64,000 nucleotides of DNA from Candidatus Falkowbacteria bacterium (GCA_003518055.1 DOZJ01000004.1:6073-70072); one strand, 5' to 3'; shown: positions 48,188 through 59,268, counted from the first letter of the stretch. Numbers and translations: made by a program. Notes: generated from the sequence alone by a model not told the origin.

Positions 48188-48516
48188 CCCCCTGTGGTTT
48201 CGGTAATTTATTTATTGCTTCTCAATATACTCTTATCTGCTAAAACCGAGCCTATCGTCACTAGGATCAAACTCAAAGCAATTAATCCATAATTAAATCC
48301 TCTCTCGCCATTAATTACATACGCATAACCCATGGCAAAAAATGGCATAAAATATTCCAAAAAAACTAAACGTCGGAATGTTTTCGATTATTAATAAGAA
48401 AATGCTCGGACCAGATGCTGAAATCATTACTGCCACCAACTTCAACAAATATGCTTTTGTTGTTTGACTCATTTTCGTACTTCAACGCTTGTTGCTTGGG
48501 TTAATTTTTCAATGAA

Positions 48517-48800
48517 CAAAAAAACTCCTCATCATTTTCCACCTATGTTGCCATACGCGAGAAAGGATGAAGAGTCTAAAAATAGACAATCCACGGTGCC
48601 ACCTTTCTGCCGCAAGTTAATGTAACTTACGACGCTTTAGCTGCTTTGTCAATACAACACAGCCTATCCCATGGTTACGGGGGACTCCGGCTTTTCACCT
48701 GTTTAAATGCCTTAAACTAGCAAAAAGCACCTTCCTCCTATTTTGTAAAGTGGGAGGGAATCGAGCCCAACTGCTCGACCCAAAGGTTTTGTAATTTTCA
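48517..48800 (-). promoter_or_regulatory. Candidate T-box riboswitch leader on the minus strand. A T-box-like sequence with a UGGC bulge sits immediately 5' of a terminator hairpin.
   Basis: The minus strand reads AAAGGUGGCACCGUGG (reverse complement of 48591-48606), against the consensus AGGGUGGNACCGCGG. The terminator is ctcttcatc...gatgaggag plus a U7 run (reverse complement of 48517-48575). The stem has a G.U pair on the minus strand but a C.A mismatch on the plus strand. Confidence 0.4.
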
Positions 48801-48933
48801 AGTTCGTACTTAATATGTTATCAAATATACTTATTCTGTCAAATTCTTTATTGACATTATCCTATTTTTGGCATAAATTAACCTGAACGGTTCTTTAACA
48901 ACCAACCCCGAAAATCGGGGACAGGAGTCTATC

Positions 48934-49938
48934 ATGGGACAAGTGGTGGTCTCAGGTATTAGAGCTACAGGCAAAATGCATATCGGCAATTACCTTGGAG
49001 CCATGCGTTACTTCGCCACTCTGAGTCATAATTCGGAAATGGAATGTTTTTTCTTCATTGCCAACCTACACACGCTGACAACAAGGCAGGATCCGGAAGC
49101 CATCAAACATGATTTGCGGGAAATTGTCCTTGATTTTCTCGCTGCGGGTGTCAATCCGGACAGCGCGATTATTTATGCTCAATCAAGTATTCCTGAAACA
49201 TCGGAACTGTCTTGGCTCCTCACTTGTCTTTGCACGGTAAACGAACTCCAAGGTCTGCCGCATTTTAAAGAAAAAAAAGAAACCATTCAATCTCATGGAG
49301 AAATCGTTAACGCCGGTCTCCTGATTTATCCGGCTCTCATGGCCGCGGATATTCTCGGCGTCCGAGCTGAACTGGTGCCTGTCGGACAGGATCAGCGTCC
49401 TCACGTGGAATTAACGCGTGATTTGGCGCGCCGCTTCAATTCGCTCTATAGTCAAGTCTTCCCGATTCCCCAGACCCTCGAGGGTGAAGGCATCCGCGTA
49501 CCATCTTTGACCGGCGAAGGGAAAATGGGGAAAAGCGATACCACCGGCCTGATTTTTCTTGATGATTCCGCCGCTTCCGTGACTGCCAAATTAAAAGTCG
49601 CCAAAACTGATCCGGCTCGGGAACGCCGCTCTGATCCCGGAAATCCGGACCACTGCAACATTTTTACCATGCATCATATCGTCAGCACTCCTCAGGAAAT
49701 TGCTTGGGCTTCAACCGGCTGCCAGTCCGCCGGCATTGGTTGTGTCGAGTGCAAAATGGTGGTCGCCAAACACCTCAATGACATGCTTGGCCCGATTCAA
49801 GAGCGCCGTCAAGAATACGCCGCCAAAGGCCCCACCTACATTGATGAAATTCTGCATGCCGGCGGCCTGACCGCTCGCGTTCGGGTCAAAGAAACCGTTG
49901 ACCTCGTCAAAGATCTCATGGGCGTCCCCAGCTACTAA
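48934..49938 (+). CDS. trpS: Tryptophanyl-tRNA synthetase.
   Basis: The HIGH motif is HIGN (KMHIGNYLGA). KMSKS appears as KMGKS. Length 334 aa. RBS AGGAG. Confidence 0.85.
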   Translation: MGQVVVSGIRATGKMHIGNYLGAMRYFATLSHNSEMECFFFIANLHTLTTRQDPEAIKHDLREIVLDFLAAGVNPDSAIIYAQSSIPETSELSWLLTCLCTVNELQGLPHFKEKKETIQSHGEIVNAGLLIYPALMAADILGVRAELVPVGQDQRPHVELTRDLARRFNSLYSQVFPIPQTLEGEGIRVPSLTGEGKMGKSDTTGLIFLDDSAASVTAKLKVAKTDPARERRSDPGNPDHCNIFTMHHIVSTPQEIAWASTGCQSAGIGCVECKMVVAKHLNDMLGPIQERRQEYAAKGPTYIDEILHAGGLTARVRVKETVDLVKDLMGVPSY

Positions 49939-49951
49939 AAGGAGAAACTCC

Positions 49952-51466
49952 ATGGGCCGTCGAAAAACAATTTCTTATCACTGGCAAATGCCTCGTAAAA
50001 AAAATCACTCCGCTAAACTCGCTAACAAGATCAAAAACATTCCTTCACCGTATACTCCCAAAGATTTCCCTAATAAACTCCCAATGTCATACCCAGCGAC
50101 GCCTCTATCAAAATCAATTCTAGGCCGCTCGCAAGGTCTTTTGGCCAAACACATCAATGCTATTGGTAGCCACACTCACGCTGAATTTGATGAATTTGGA
50201 TTCCCCAAGTTTGCTGAAGGAGAAGGTGGATTTGAGACTATTCAACAAATCGAAGCCGAGGCTATATGGATGCTCTCTTCCGTTTTGGGAGGTACACCCC
50301 AAACGATTGATGGCTTCTTTTGCGGCGGAGGTACGGAGTCAATCCATCAAGGCATGTGGATTGGCCGTGAATGGCTGAATACCAAATCCGACAGTGCCAA
50401 AAAGGGGATCGTGGTTTTCACCACCCCGCTCGGTCACTATTCAATCGCCAAAGGGGTCGAACTAACCGGTATGGGACACCATAGTTGGGGGCAATGTACC
50501 AGATGCAACAAAAATCACATTTTTAATCCCGATACCAATGGCTGCGGACTACACTTGGTCGGTATGAATAATTCTGGTGAAATGTCGCTTAAACAGCTCG
50601 ACAAACGCTTCAAACAAAAATTCGCCGAAGGATTTCGCAAATTCATGATCGTGGCCACTGTCGGCACCAGTCTTCTTGGTTCAATCGATCCCATCAAAGA
50701 AATCGCTGATTACATCAATAAAACCCGCCGTGAAACCGGCGCGAATTTCTATCTTCATATCGACGCCAGCTTTGCCGGGTTTACCGTTCCATTTGTTGCG
50801 CCTGATTTTCAATTTGCTTTTCAGATCCCCGAAGTAATGTCTGCCACTGTCGATGGTCACAAAATGGGACAATTACCCTACCCTGCCGGAATTTTCCTTT
50901 GTCGCAAGGGATTAATGTCTCTAGTCGCTAAAAGCGTCAACTACGTTCGCGGCCATGATGATGACACCATTCCTGGATCACGAAGTTGTTTAGCTCCCAT
51001 CCTCGCTTGGTATATCATGAAAACCGAAGGTTTTGATGGTCAAAAAATGTATGTTTCCAACTGCCTGTCGCTACGAGATGAATTGTATGATAGATTAAAA
51101 CAATTACCTATCCCGACACAAGTTTTCGATCCTAATCCATGGGTCAACCAGCTTGGAGTAGCCATTAACTTTTCGGCTTTAAACGGGGTTCACAATGCAA
51201 ACTGTGGCATTCCCAAAATGATTCTTGAACCTCGACCCAATACCACACCGGAAACTGATAAATATTATCACGTAAAAGGCAAACTTGCGGCCTATCACCT
51301 CCGAGCTGATAATTTTCCCATCGATCCATCAGACACCATGAGCTGCCCGCAAACAGTTTACAAACTCTGCATCATGCCCCACCACACCCTAGCCAGTTTT
51401 GATCACTTCATTACAGATCTGGTTGAAGTTTACAACCTGTGGGAAGAAATCATTTCACGTTCATAG
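49952..51466 (+). CDS. Group-II pyridoxal-dependent decarboxylase (aromatic amino acid / glutamate decarboxylase family).
   Basis: FFCGGGTESIHQGMW; HIDASFAGF; PLP-lysine motif VDGHKMGQLPYPAGIFLCRKG. Start at the ATG preceded by AGGAG. Confidence 0.65.
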   Translation: MGRRKTISYHWQMPRKKNHSAKLANKIKNIPSPYTPKDFPNKLPMSYPATPLSKSILGRSQGLLAKHINAIGSHTHAEFDEFGFPKFAEGEGGFETIQQIEAEAIWMLSSVLGGTPQTIDGFFCGGGTESIHQGMWIGREWLNTKSDSAKKGIVVFTTPLGHYSIAKGVELTGMGHHSWGQCTRCNKNHIFNPDTNGCGLHLVGMNNSGEMSLKQLDKRFKQKFAEGFRKFMIVATVGTSLLGSIDPIKEIADYINKTRRETGANFYLHIDASFAGFTVPFVAPDFQFAFQIPEVMSATVDGHKMGQLPYPAGIFLCRKGLMSLVAKSVNYVRGHDDDTIPGSRSCLAPILAWYIMKTEGFDGQKMYVSNCLSLRDELYDRLKQLPIPTQVFDPNPWVNQLGVAINFSALNGVHNANCGIPKMILEPRPNTTPETDKYYHVKGKLAAYHLRADNFPIDPSDTMSCPQTVYKLCIMPHHTLASFDHFITDLVEVYNLWEEIISRS

Positions 51467-51519
51467 AACTCTTGACAAATTTCCAATCATCCCCTAAGAT
51501 AGAAATGTTCCTTTCCTGC

Positions 51520-51592
51520 GGGCGCATAGCTCTAATGGTAGAGCGTCGGTCTCCAAAACCGGTGGTTGGGGGTTCGAGTCCCTCTGCGCTCG
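51520..51592 (+). tRNA. tRNA-Trp (anticodon CCA). The 3' CCA is not encoded.
   Basis: Acceptor gggcgca/tgcgctc; D-arm gctc/gagc; anticodon loop ctCCAaa; T-loop TTCGAGT; discriminator G. Confidence 0.8.
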
Positions 51593-51604
51593 CTCTCTTT
51601 CCTC

Positions 51605-51633
51605 GCTGACTTATCATAGTCAGCCTTTTTTTA
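51605..51633 (+). terminator. Terminator after tRNA-Trp. A second weak hairpin at 51640-51660 probably terminates the convergent uvrA gene.
   Basis: Stem gctgact/agtcagc with loop tatcat, then a T9 run. Confidence 0.6.
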
Positions 51634-51685
51634 TCAAAAAAGACCCCCTCTCGGGATCTTTTTATTTCATTGCTTCGATTTTTCT

Positions 51686-54577
51686 TCAAGCTCTCAGCTC
51701 CTTCGCCAAATAACGTCCGGTTACCGATTTTTTCACTTTTGCCACTTGTTCCGGCGTGCCTTCAGCCACGAGCTCTCCGCCTTCATCGCCACCGCCCGGA
51801 CCAAGATCGATGACCCAATCGGCATTTTTTACCACATCCAAATTATGTTCAATTATAAGCACTGAATTTCCTTTATCCGCCAATCGATGCAAAATTACGA
51901 GCAGTTTATTAATATCATCAAAATGCAATCCGGTTGTCGGTTCATCGAGGATATACAATGTTTTTCCGGTTGAATATCTGGACAGCTCAGTTGCCAATTT
52001 AATTCGTTGAGCCTCACCTCCGGACAAAGTTGTGGCCGGCTGACCCAAAGTCAAATAGCCGAGACCAACCTCCACCAATGTGGTCAATTTTTCATTGATA
52101 ATCGGAGTATCGCGGAAAAACTCCTTGGCTTCAGACACGGTCATGCCCAAAATATCCGCAATATTTTGACCGCGATAATGAATTTCCAGCGTTTCCTTGT
52201 TGTATCGCCGGCCTTTGCACTCCTCGCATTCGACATACACATCGGGTAAAAATTGCATTTCATATTTAACATAACCATCACCGCCGCAGGCCTCGCACCG
52301 TCCTCCTTTGACATTGAAACTAAATCGGCCGGCGTCAAACCCCTTGATTTTAGCTTCAGGAATTTGGGTAAATAAATCTCGGATATAGGTGAATACTCCC
52401 GTATACGTCGCTGGATTGGATCGCGGCGTCCGTCCGATTGGAGTTTGATCGATAGTAATGACCTTATCCAAATTTTCAATTCCAATAATAGTTTTATGTT
52501 CCGCCGGTAAATCCTTTGATCGGTAGAAATGTCGAGACAGCGCCTTGGCCAAAATGTCGTTGATCAGACTGGATTTGCCCGACCCCGACACCCCGGTAAC
52601 ACAAACCAATTCCCCGAGAGGAATATCCACGGTAATATTTCTCAAATTATAAGCCATGGCGTTTTTTATCGTCAGTTTCTTGCCGTTGCCGCGCGGGCCT
52701 TTTTTAATCGCTTCAATTTTTTTCTTTCTAACCAAATATTGACCGGTCAAACTTTTTTCATTTTTCTTGATTTCCGCCGGCGTGCCTTCCGCCACCACCT
52801 CGCCGCCATAAATCCCCGCGCCCGGACCGAGATCAATTACATAATCAGCTGCCTCAATCGTTTCTTTGTCATGCTCAACGACAATAACCGAATTTCCCTT
52901 ATCTCGAAGTTGCTTTAAAGTGTTGATCAACTTTTCATTATCCACCGAATGTAATCCAATCGAGGGTTCATCAAGAACGTAAATCACCTCGGACAAAGCC
53001 GATCCCAATTGGGTCGCCAGTCTAAGCCTCTGCGCTTCTCCGCCCGACAAAGTGACTGAACTTCGACCTAAAGACAGATAGCCTAAACCGACATTTTCCA
53101 AAAATTTGATGCGCCTCACGATTTCTTTTATCAATAATTCCACAATCGTATACTCTGTTTGCTCCAATTCCAGTTTGATAAATTGCAATTTTTCTTTTGT
53201 TTTGGTGACGGCTGAACTTTTTTTAACTGTTTTTACCATCTCCGCCAAAATATCCGCCAAATCCCTGACCGAAATATCCGTATATTTATCAACAGACAGT
53301 CCAGCTACTCGAACCGACAGACTTTCCGGTCGAAGCCGTTTGCCCATACAAGACAAACAGATATGGCTCCGCATATATTTCTCAATTTCTCTTCTGATAT
53401 AATCAGAGTCCGTCTCTTTGTACTTCTGCTCAAGCCCTGGAATCACCCCTTCAAACATCATTTTCCGCGCTCCGAGGTCATGCAACATATCACCTGAACC
53501 GTACAAAATAACATCAAGATTTTTCTTGTTCAATTTATTGACCGGTACATCGAGAGAAAATTTATGCTTTTGCGCCACCTTCTCGAGCAGATGCCACATG
53601 GATTTTTGATTGGAAAATATTTTCGTCCACGGCTTGATTGCTCCCTCCGCCAAACTGAGTTTCGGGTTGCTGATAACCAGCTCCGGATCGATTTCTTGTT
53701 TCATCCCCAAACCGGAACAAACCGGACAGGCACCAAACGGCGAATTGAACGAAAAACTTCGCAGTTCAACTTCCGGCAAATTAATTCCGCACTTATGGCA
53801 GCTAAAATATTGACTGTACAAAATATCTTCATCAATATCAGTTCGATAAACAATAACCAAACCATCACCCAAATCAGCCGCGATTTTTACCGACTCCAGC
53901 ATTTGTTTCTTGACTTCCCTATCGCCATCGAGCAATGCCCGATCCACCACCACTTCAATTGTATGTTTGGCGTTTTTATCAATATCCAAGCCATCTATTT
54001 CTTCAATATTATAAACAATGCCATCCAATCTGATTTGATAAAAATTGGCCTTTCTGATTTCTTCAAACACTTTTTTGTGCGTGCCTTTTTCTTCTCTGAC
54101 CACCGGCGCCAAAATTGTCACATTCACTTTGTGATTGATTTTCCAAATTTTATCAACAATCTCCTCCACCGTTTGTTTTCTGACTTCCGTGCCGCAGATA
54201 TGACAATGTGAACGTCCGATTCTGGCGTACATCAATCGAATCAAATCATAAATTTCCGTAATCGTGCCGACCGTTGACCGAGGGTTTTGCACCACGGACT
54301 TTTGATCAATGGCAATGGCCGGAGACAATCCGTCAATCCGGTCAACGTCCGGTTTTTCTTTTACTTCCAAAAATTGCCGCGCATATGAAGACAAACTTTC
54401 CACGTAGCGGCGCTGGCCTTCAGCATAAATAGTATCAAATGCCAAAGACGACTTGCCGGATCCGGACAAGCCGGTAATCACGACAAATTTGCCGCGCGGA
54501 ATATCCACGTCAATATTCTTCAAATTATTAACTCGAGCGCCTCGAATAGAAATTTTATTTTGATTGCCCATAATCAT
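51686..54577 (-). CDS. uvrA: Excinuclease ABC subunit A.
   Basis: Two ABC modules ([28 protein letters not shown]; [13 protein letters not shown]), zinc-finger Cys pairs, 963 aa. Confidence 0.95.
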   Translation of the reverse strand: MIMGNQNKISIRGARVNNLKNIDVDIPRGKFVVITGLSGSGKSSLAFDTIYAEGQRRYVESLSSYARQFLEVKEKPDVDRIDGLSPAIAIDQKSVVQNPRSTVGTITEIYDLIRLMYARIGRSHCHICGTEVRKQTVEEIVDKIWKINHKVNVTILAPVVREEKGTHKKVFEEIRKANFYQIRLDGIVYNIEEIDGLDIDKNAKHTIEVVVDRALLDGDREVKKQMLESVKIAADLGDGLVIVYRTDIDEDILYSQYFSCHKCGINLPEVELRSFSFNSPFGACPVCSGLGMKQEIDPELVISNPKLSLAEGAIKPWTKIFSNQKSMWHLLEKVAQKHKFSLDVPVNKLNKKNLDVILYGSGDMLHDLGARKMMFEGVIPGLEQKYKETDSDYIRREIEKYMRSHICLSCMGKRLRPESLSVRVAGLSVDKYTDISVRDLADILAEMVKTVKKSSAVTKTKEKLQFIKLELEQTEYTIVELLIKEIVRRIKFLENVGLGYLSLGRSSVTLSGGEAQRLRLATQLGSALSEVIYVLDEPSIGLHSVDNEKLINTLKQLRDKGNSVIVVEHDKETIEAADYVIDLGPGAGIYGGEVVAEGTPAEIKKNEKSLTGQYLVRKKKIEAIKKGPRGNGKKLTIKNAMAYNLRNITVDIPLGELVCVTGVSGSGKSSLINDILAKALSRHFYRSKDLPAEHKTIIGIENLDKVITIDQTPIGRTPRSNPATYTGVFTYIRDLFTQIPEAKIKGFDAGRFSFNVKGGRCEACGGDGYVKYEMQFLPDVYVECEECKGRRYNKETLEIHYRGQNIADILGMTVSEAKEFFRDTPIINEKLTTLVEVGLGYLTLGQPATTLSGGEAQRIKLATELSRYSTGKTLYILDEPTTGLHFDDINKLLVILHRLADKGNSVLIIEHNLDVVKNADWVIDLGPGGGDEGGELVAEGTPEQVAKVKKSVTGRYLAKELRA

Positions 54578-54589
54578 TAGGGTAAAGCG

Positions 54590-54648
54590 ATCAGCGGTTA
54601 GCGTTTAGTCAAATCTCTAAACGCTATACGCTTAACGCTAAACGCTTT
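54590..54648. promoter_or_regulatory. Repeat array immediately upstream of uvrA. A 10-bp inverted repeat (tagcgtttag / ctaaacgcta) is followed by four direct AACGCT half-sites at a period of about 7 bp.
   Basis: Read from the sequence: 54599-54608 pairs with 54617-54626; ACGCT occurs at 54621, 54628, 54635 and 54642. Confidence 0.45.
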
Positions 54649-54948
54649 TATAAACGAATATACTGTCATTCATTTTACAAATAAAACAAAACTTTGTAAA
54701 GAGGCCGAGAATGAGTATCGGAACAAATGCTATTCTTTGTCCATCGGTTTGTCATAATTTCACCACGTTTCGCTAATTACACCAACATCCATCCTCGTAT
54801 ACGCCATGGCCATCCTGTTGCGATAAGCCCTGAGCCAGTCTGCCGACAGACAGGCTAATCGAAGGGCGACAAAGCAACCTCGTAAGTGCTTCAATTTTCT
54901 CATATCCCTTTTATATAATTTAAAAAAGCTCCTTATTTAAGGAACTTC

Positions 54949-55302
54949 TTACTCAATACGATCCAACATGAACTGAAGCATTACATAAGTTGAACGATTC
55001 TGAAAAAAGTTTTTCTGCAATTCAAGATCCCGACTAATATTTTCCATCATTTCATACGTTTCCACCGTGGGATCAATACCGAATCGGAATGGCAAATTAT
55101 AATTACCCAAGCAAAAGACCACTCCTCGCACCTGAACAAATTGTTTCAACACTCTCCAAACATACAAAACAGCCGAACAACATTCCTGACATTGCTCCGG
55201 AAAAATAAACTCCCGAGATTCAATCCTAGTAATATTATCAATTACCAAGTTAACAGTATCTGTACAATCCACAAATTGCCCAGTTAACAATCTTGCTTTC
55301 AT
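54949..55302 (-). CDS. Hypothetical protein, paralogous to 55511..55903.
   Basis: Shared motif CS..L...W..L..F..V.GVV....PxFG with the neighbouring ORF. Confidence 0.4.
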   Translation of the reverse strand: MKARLLTGQFVDCTDTVNLVIDNITRIESREFIFPEQCQECCSAVLYVWRVLKQFVQVRGVVFCLGNYNLPFRFGIDPTVETYEMMENISRDLELQKNFFQNRSTYVMLQFMLDRIE

Positions 55303-55510
55303 GCTCCCTCCTTCTTCAGGGATTGATATTGAACTTTACCAATTGAAAATTAATATGTCAATAAAATAAACTTCAAACAATTATATTAATCACGCCGAGC
55401 CACTTGTCCCATGCTTTCCCTATTTATATAAGAAACAAATTCATTTTTGGGAGAAAAAAAGCACCTATTACCTAGGTACTTATATCTTATTATTCTGACA
55501 ATTTCAGAGC

Positions 55511-55903
55511 TTACCCCATATCGATCTGTCGACTATTATCCTCAACTGCAAAAACTACCTTCTTAAAACATTTCGGTGGCTCAAGCAGCAACTGGGATCG
55601 TCTTGCCTCATCAGATTCTGCCAATCTTTTCACGAATGCATAAGATCTAATCGTCCAGCCTTCACCAAAAACTGGCTTCTCATGAACCGAATAGATAACC
55701 ACCCCAAGAACATGACAAAATCGGGCCAATTTGCGCCATACAGCCTCAATATCCTTAAACAACTCTTCGGAACAATCATCATGCGGTTGATCCCGATCAA
55801 TCTGATACTGTGCGTATTCGACCCGCTTCACAAACTGAACCACATCATGAAAAGAGACAAACGCTTCTCCCTGCGACTGATCGGTCGGCTTAACCATCAG
55901 CAT
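55511..55903 (-). CDS. Hypothetical protein, paralogous to 54949..55302.
   Basis: Motif CSEELFKDIEAVWRKLARFCHVLGVVIYSVHEKPVFGEGW, as above. Confidence 0.4.
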   Translation of the reverse strand: MLMVKPTDQSQGEAFVSFHDVVQFVKRVEYAQYQIDRDQPHDDCSEELFKDIEAVWRKLARFCHVLGVVIYSVHEKPVFGEGWTIRSYAFVKRLAESDEARRSQLLLEPPKCFKKVVFAVEDNSRQIDMG

Positions 55904-56202
55904 TTTCAGCCTCCCCCCTTTGTTGTGACTTCACATTATAATACCATTTAATCATTTTGTCAACACTTCGACTGACCAGAACTCCGAGAACTAGACAAAC
56001 GTTAAAAATCACTATTATTATCAAATTGTACAAAAAAATACTGCTGTTACAGTATTTTATTCCCTATCTCTTTCCTATAATAATTTTCAGCTCCCAATTC
56101 TCTTACTCCTCTTAATTCTATCAACTCTGACCTACTCAATCTTTACCCCCATACCAACTATTATGTTTTCGTAATTTCCTTAATATTCGTAAATTCGTAA
56201 CC

Positions 56203-58092
56203 CTACTCCCTCACCATCCCCAATCGCTGCAAATCCACCAAACTGGCATACAAACCATTTCTCTTCATCAAAATCTGGTGATCACCGAATTCCTTGACCC
56301 GGCCGTTATCGAGAACATAAATCAAATCCGCCTTTTGAATCGTTGACAAGCGATGAGCGATAACCACAAGCGTAATATCCAACCGCTCCCGAATACTATT
56401 AATCATGAGCTGAATCGCCCGCTCAGCTTCAGAATCAAGGTTAGACGTCGCTTCATCCAAAATCAAAATTTTGGCTCCATGAAGCAAAGAAATATACGCC
56501 CGCGCGATGCCCACTCTCTGACGTTCCCCACCGGACAGCTTGACCCCGCGTTCTCCAACCGGTGTATCCAATCCATTTGGGAACCGCTCTTTTGATTCAA
56601 GCATCACCTGCAGATGCGCCGCCCGAATCGCTTCGAGCACTTCTTCTTCAGTGGCTTCTCTACATGGATAAACCACATTATCTCGAATCGACGCGTCAAA
56701 GACATCCACGTCCTGCTGCACAATGGCAAACAGCCGCCGATACCAATACAAATCAACCTCTCGAATATCTTGGCCATCAAGCCTAATCCTACCTGAAGTA
56801 ACATCATACATTCTGGCCAATAGTCGAATCAGTGTTGTCTTGCCCTCACCGCTCTTGCCGACAAAAGCGACCATTTTCCCAGCCGGAATTTTCAAACTCA
56901 TTTCATCAACCACCGGATTTTCACCGCCCGGATATACAAACTTCACGGCGTCCAATTCAACATTTCCGGTGTAGTCCTCTGGAATAACTCCGGCTGAATC
57001 ATTGGTAATGTCCGCCTTTTGATTCAACAAATCGTTCATTCTGACCACCGACACCAATCGTCTGATGATATGTGAATAGCTGTTGATCATGTGATAAATG
57101 TTCGAGTTGATCACATTGCCGGTCATAATCATAAAGATGATTGAACCGATCGTGATTCTCCCCTGATACACAAACCACAACCCGGCAAAAATCGTCAGGT
57201 AAAAAATCAACGAAAGCGCATTGGAAAATTTCCAAAAAAATCCTTCTATCTTGCGATTCATTCCAATATCAAGCACCGTCATGTTTTCACGTACCCGCGT
57301 CAACTGCTCTTCTTCCCGTTTTTCCTGAACAAAACTCTGCACCGTCCGCACATTAATAATTGACTGACATAAAATCCCGCCGGATTCCTCGCGCAGCTTC
57401 TCCCATTTTTCCCAATCGACCACAAAACTATCCCACTTCCTGACCCCGATACAGAAAATCGTCAAATACGGAATGAAAAAAATCAATCCGAGCAGCCAAT
57501 CGATGGCAAAAACGAAAATCATATTCACAATGAGATAAAATGTCTGAGGCGCCAAATCCCAAAATAACTTCGCCACCGCATCCACCATCTTATCGCAGCC
57601 CTTATCAATCTTGCTGATCTTCTTGCCGGTATTTTCTTTTTCATGATAACCGATCGTCAGCTCCAGTAATTTTTTTTGCGCCTGCACCGGCCAAAAATTT
57701 TCCAACTTGATCAGATTACGAGAAAATTTTATCTGCACCACGAAATGCCACAGCGACAAATTCACGACCACCAGCAGCATCATTCCACCCACAATCCACA
57801 AAATGGTTTCAATTGTTTGTTCCCCGGCAATCACGTCCGGCAACCGATCGAAAATCAGTTTCCACAAATATGGGAAGGTAACATTGATACTCTGATTTAC
57901 CAGCAGCAAACCAGTTGCAACCAAAATTCCGTATCGATACTGCCCCATAAGTCGCCACAGCACCTTGAGCGCGGAAAAAAAGAAATTAGCGCTGCGATCT
58001 TTATCCGCGATCTTGTCATCCCAATCGATTTCCGCCATTTGCGCCTCCACTCCGGGTCTGGTGTATCGGTTTATATTGTCAAAAAACGACAA
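56203..58092 (-). CDS. ABC exporter with fused transmembrane and ATP-binding domains (MsbA/MdlB-like).
   Basis: Six-TM N-terminal half; Walker A GKSGEGKTT; signature LSGGERQRVGIARAY; Walker B ILILDEAT. Confidence 0.9.
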   Translation of the reverse strand: MSFFDNINRYTRPGVEAQMAEIDWDDKIADKDRSANFFFSALKVLWRLMGQYRYGILVATGLLLVNQSINVTFPYLWKLIFDRLPDVIAGEQTIETILWIVGGMMLLVVVNLSLWHFVVQIKFSRNLIKLENFWPVQAQKKLLELTIGYHEKENTGKKISKIDKGCDKMVDAVAKLFWDLAPQTFYLIVNMIFVFAIDWLLGLIFFIPYLTIFCIGVRKWDSFVVDWEKWEKLREESGGILCQSIINVRTVQSFVQEKREEEQLTRVRENMTVLDIGMNRKIEGFFWKFSNALSLIFYLTIFAGLWFVYQGRITIGSIIFMIMTGNVINSNIYHMINSYSHIIRRLVSVVRMNDLLNQKADITNDSAGVIPEDYTGNVELDAVKFVYPGGENPVVDEMSLKIPAGKMVAFVGKSGEGKTTLIRLLARMYDVTSGRIRLDGQDIREVDLYWYRRLFAIVQQDVDVFDASIRDNVVYPCREATEEEVLEAIRAAHLQVMLESKERFPNGLDTPVGERGVKLSGGERQRVGIARAYISLLHGAKILILDEATSNLDSEAERAIQLMINSIRERLDITLVVIAHRLSTIQKADLIYVLDNGRVKEFGDHQILMKRNGLYASLVDLQRLGMVRE

Positions 58093-58422
58093 ATCCCACT
58101 CAACTGAGTAGGATTTATATTCATCTTTAAGTAAAAATCATTTTTACTTTATAGCAATGACAAATATAAATCCCACTCATAAACTACTTTCGGTGATTGT
58201 TTAAAATTCAAAATCACCCCGCGCAGTTTATAGGCAATCGCGCGCAAAATACTCATTTGCTTAATTTTCATTTTTTGATTCATCATAATGATAACGTCAA
58301 TGAATTTCATATAACTAAGGATATCCAAGCCTGACTGTCTTTCCAAGCTTAACCAGAAATCAAAACACTCAACCGTTAGAATCCCTTTATTCATCTTCAA
58401 AGGAGACCAAACCTGACTGTCT

Positions 58423-58458
58423 TTCCGGGCCTGCCTGCCGGCAGGCAGGCTTGACCCG
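58423..58458. repeat. A 22-bp perfect palindrome gcctgcctgccggcaggcaggc (58429-58450) with extended near-palindromic flanks.
   Basis: Read from the sequence. Related copies occur at 59169-59189 and 15061-15100, and there is a partial copy at 63447-63456. Confidence 0.85.
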
Positions 58459-58618
58459 GAATCTAAGCCCTCGGCCGCCACCATTCCTCATCAAAACCGG
58501 ATATAACACTTTACAATTTTATTTATTTATTGTCAATAGGTAATTTTTAACTTATTTTAGCCACTTATATAAATTTAAATAAAAAAATTGAGTCGTTAAC
58601 TCAAAATTTGTATCCATA

Positions 58619-58936
58619 TTATTCCGTTGAAAGTCTCCGTTTTTGATTCAAAAGCTTCAATTTATAATCATAATATACCCTAAAAGCTTCTTTTTCCTTA
58701 TCCCCATAACGAAACCATAACATTGCGAACAACACAGCCAAAAAAACTAATTCAATTGTTACGATAGCCCCCCAAAGACTCAAACCAATCGAATTAAACA
58801 ATAGGATGATAAACATTAGACTGCAAACCAAGGTCGCATAACCAAAGACGTGTTGAACAAAGTTATAAGTATCGTACTTTTTCCACAAGCTCTTCATTTC
58901 TTGATCAGTATAAACTGGAACCGTCTGACAATTCAT
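58619..58936 (-). CDS. Small hypothetical membrane protein with two TM segments.
   Basis: ORF with two hydrophobic helices, flanked by repeat-rich non-coding DNA. Confidence 0.4.
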   Translation of the reverse strand: MNCQTVPVYTDQEMKSLWKKYDTYNFVQHVFGYATLVCSLMFIILLFNSIGLSLWGAIVTIELVFLAVLFAMLWFRYGDKEKEAFRVYYDYKLKLLNQKRRLSTE

Positions 58937-59246
58937 CGCCCCCCCTTTGTAGATATGAATAACTCATTCTAGCACCGAAGCTTGAACTTGTCAATCATTA
59001 AAAAATTAAATCAGAAACTCGCCCTCAACCGCCGCCGTTTTTTTTTACTTCTCTTATTCTCCCAATTTTCCGCCTTCTAACGCCTTTTTCCGCCCCCTTA
59101 CCCCGTCTCTCTAATCTCTTAATTCTCTCAATCTGCCTTACCAATTAATTTCTGCGCCAGAGGCGCATCCCTGCCTACCGGCAGGCAGGCGTCTTTGGCG
59201 GATATTTATTTCCAGTAATTTCGATGAATTTATTAATCATTTCAAT

Positions 59247-59268
59247 CCCGCTTCTCGCGAGAGGCGGG
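59247..59268. repeat. A 22-nt near-perfect palindrome cccgcttctcgcgagaggcggg.
   Basis: Read from the sequence; a single G.T position breaks perfect symmetry. Confidence 0.8.

Noticed and set aside
48315-48472. A small ORF between the candidate T-box terminator and the TrpD-like gene that might be a leader peptide.
   Set aside because: Careful translation gives only 34 aa with no Trp codons and no RBS, so it is not convincing.
58149-58484. A 111-aa minus-strand ORF in the palindrome-rich intergenic region.
   Set aside because: It spans perfect palindromes and direct repeats, has no RBS and has odd composition. It is probably non-coding.
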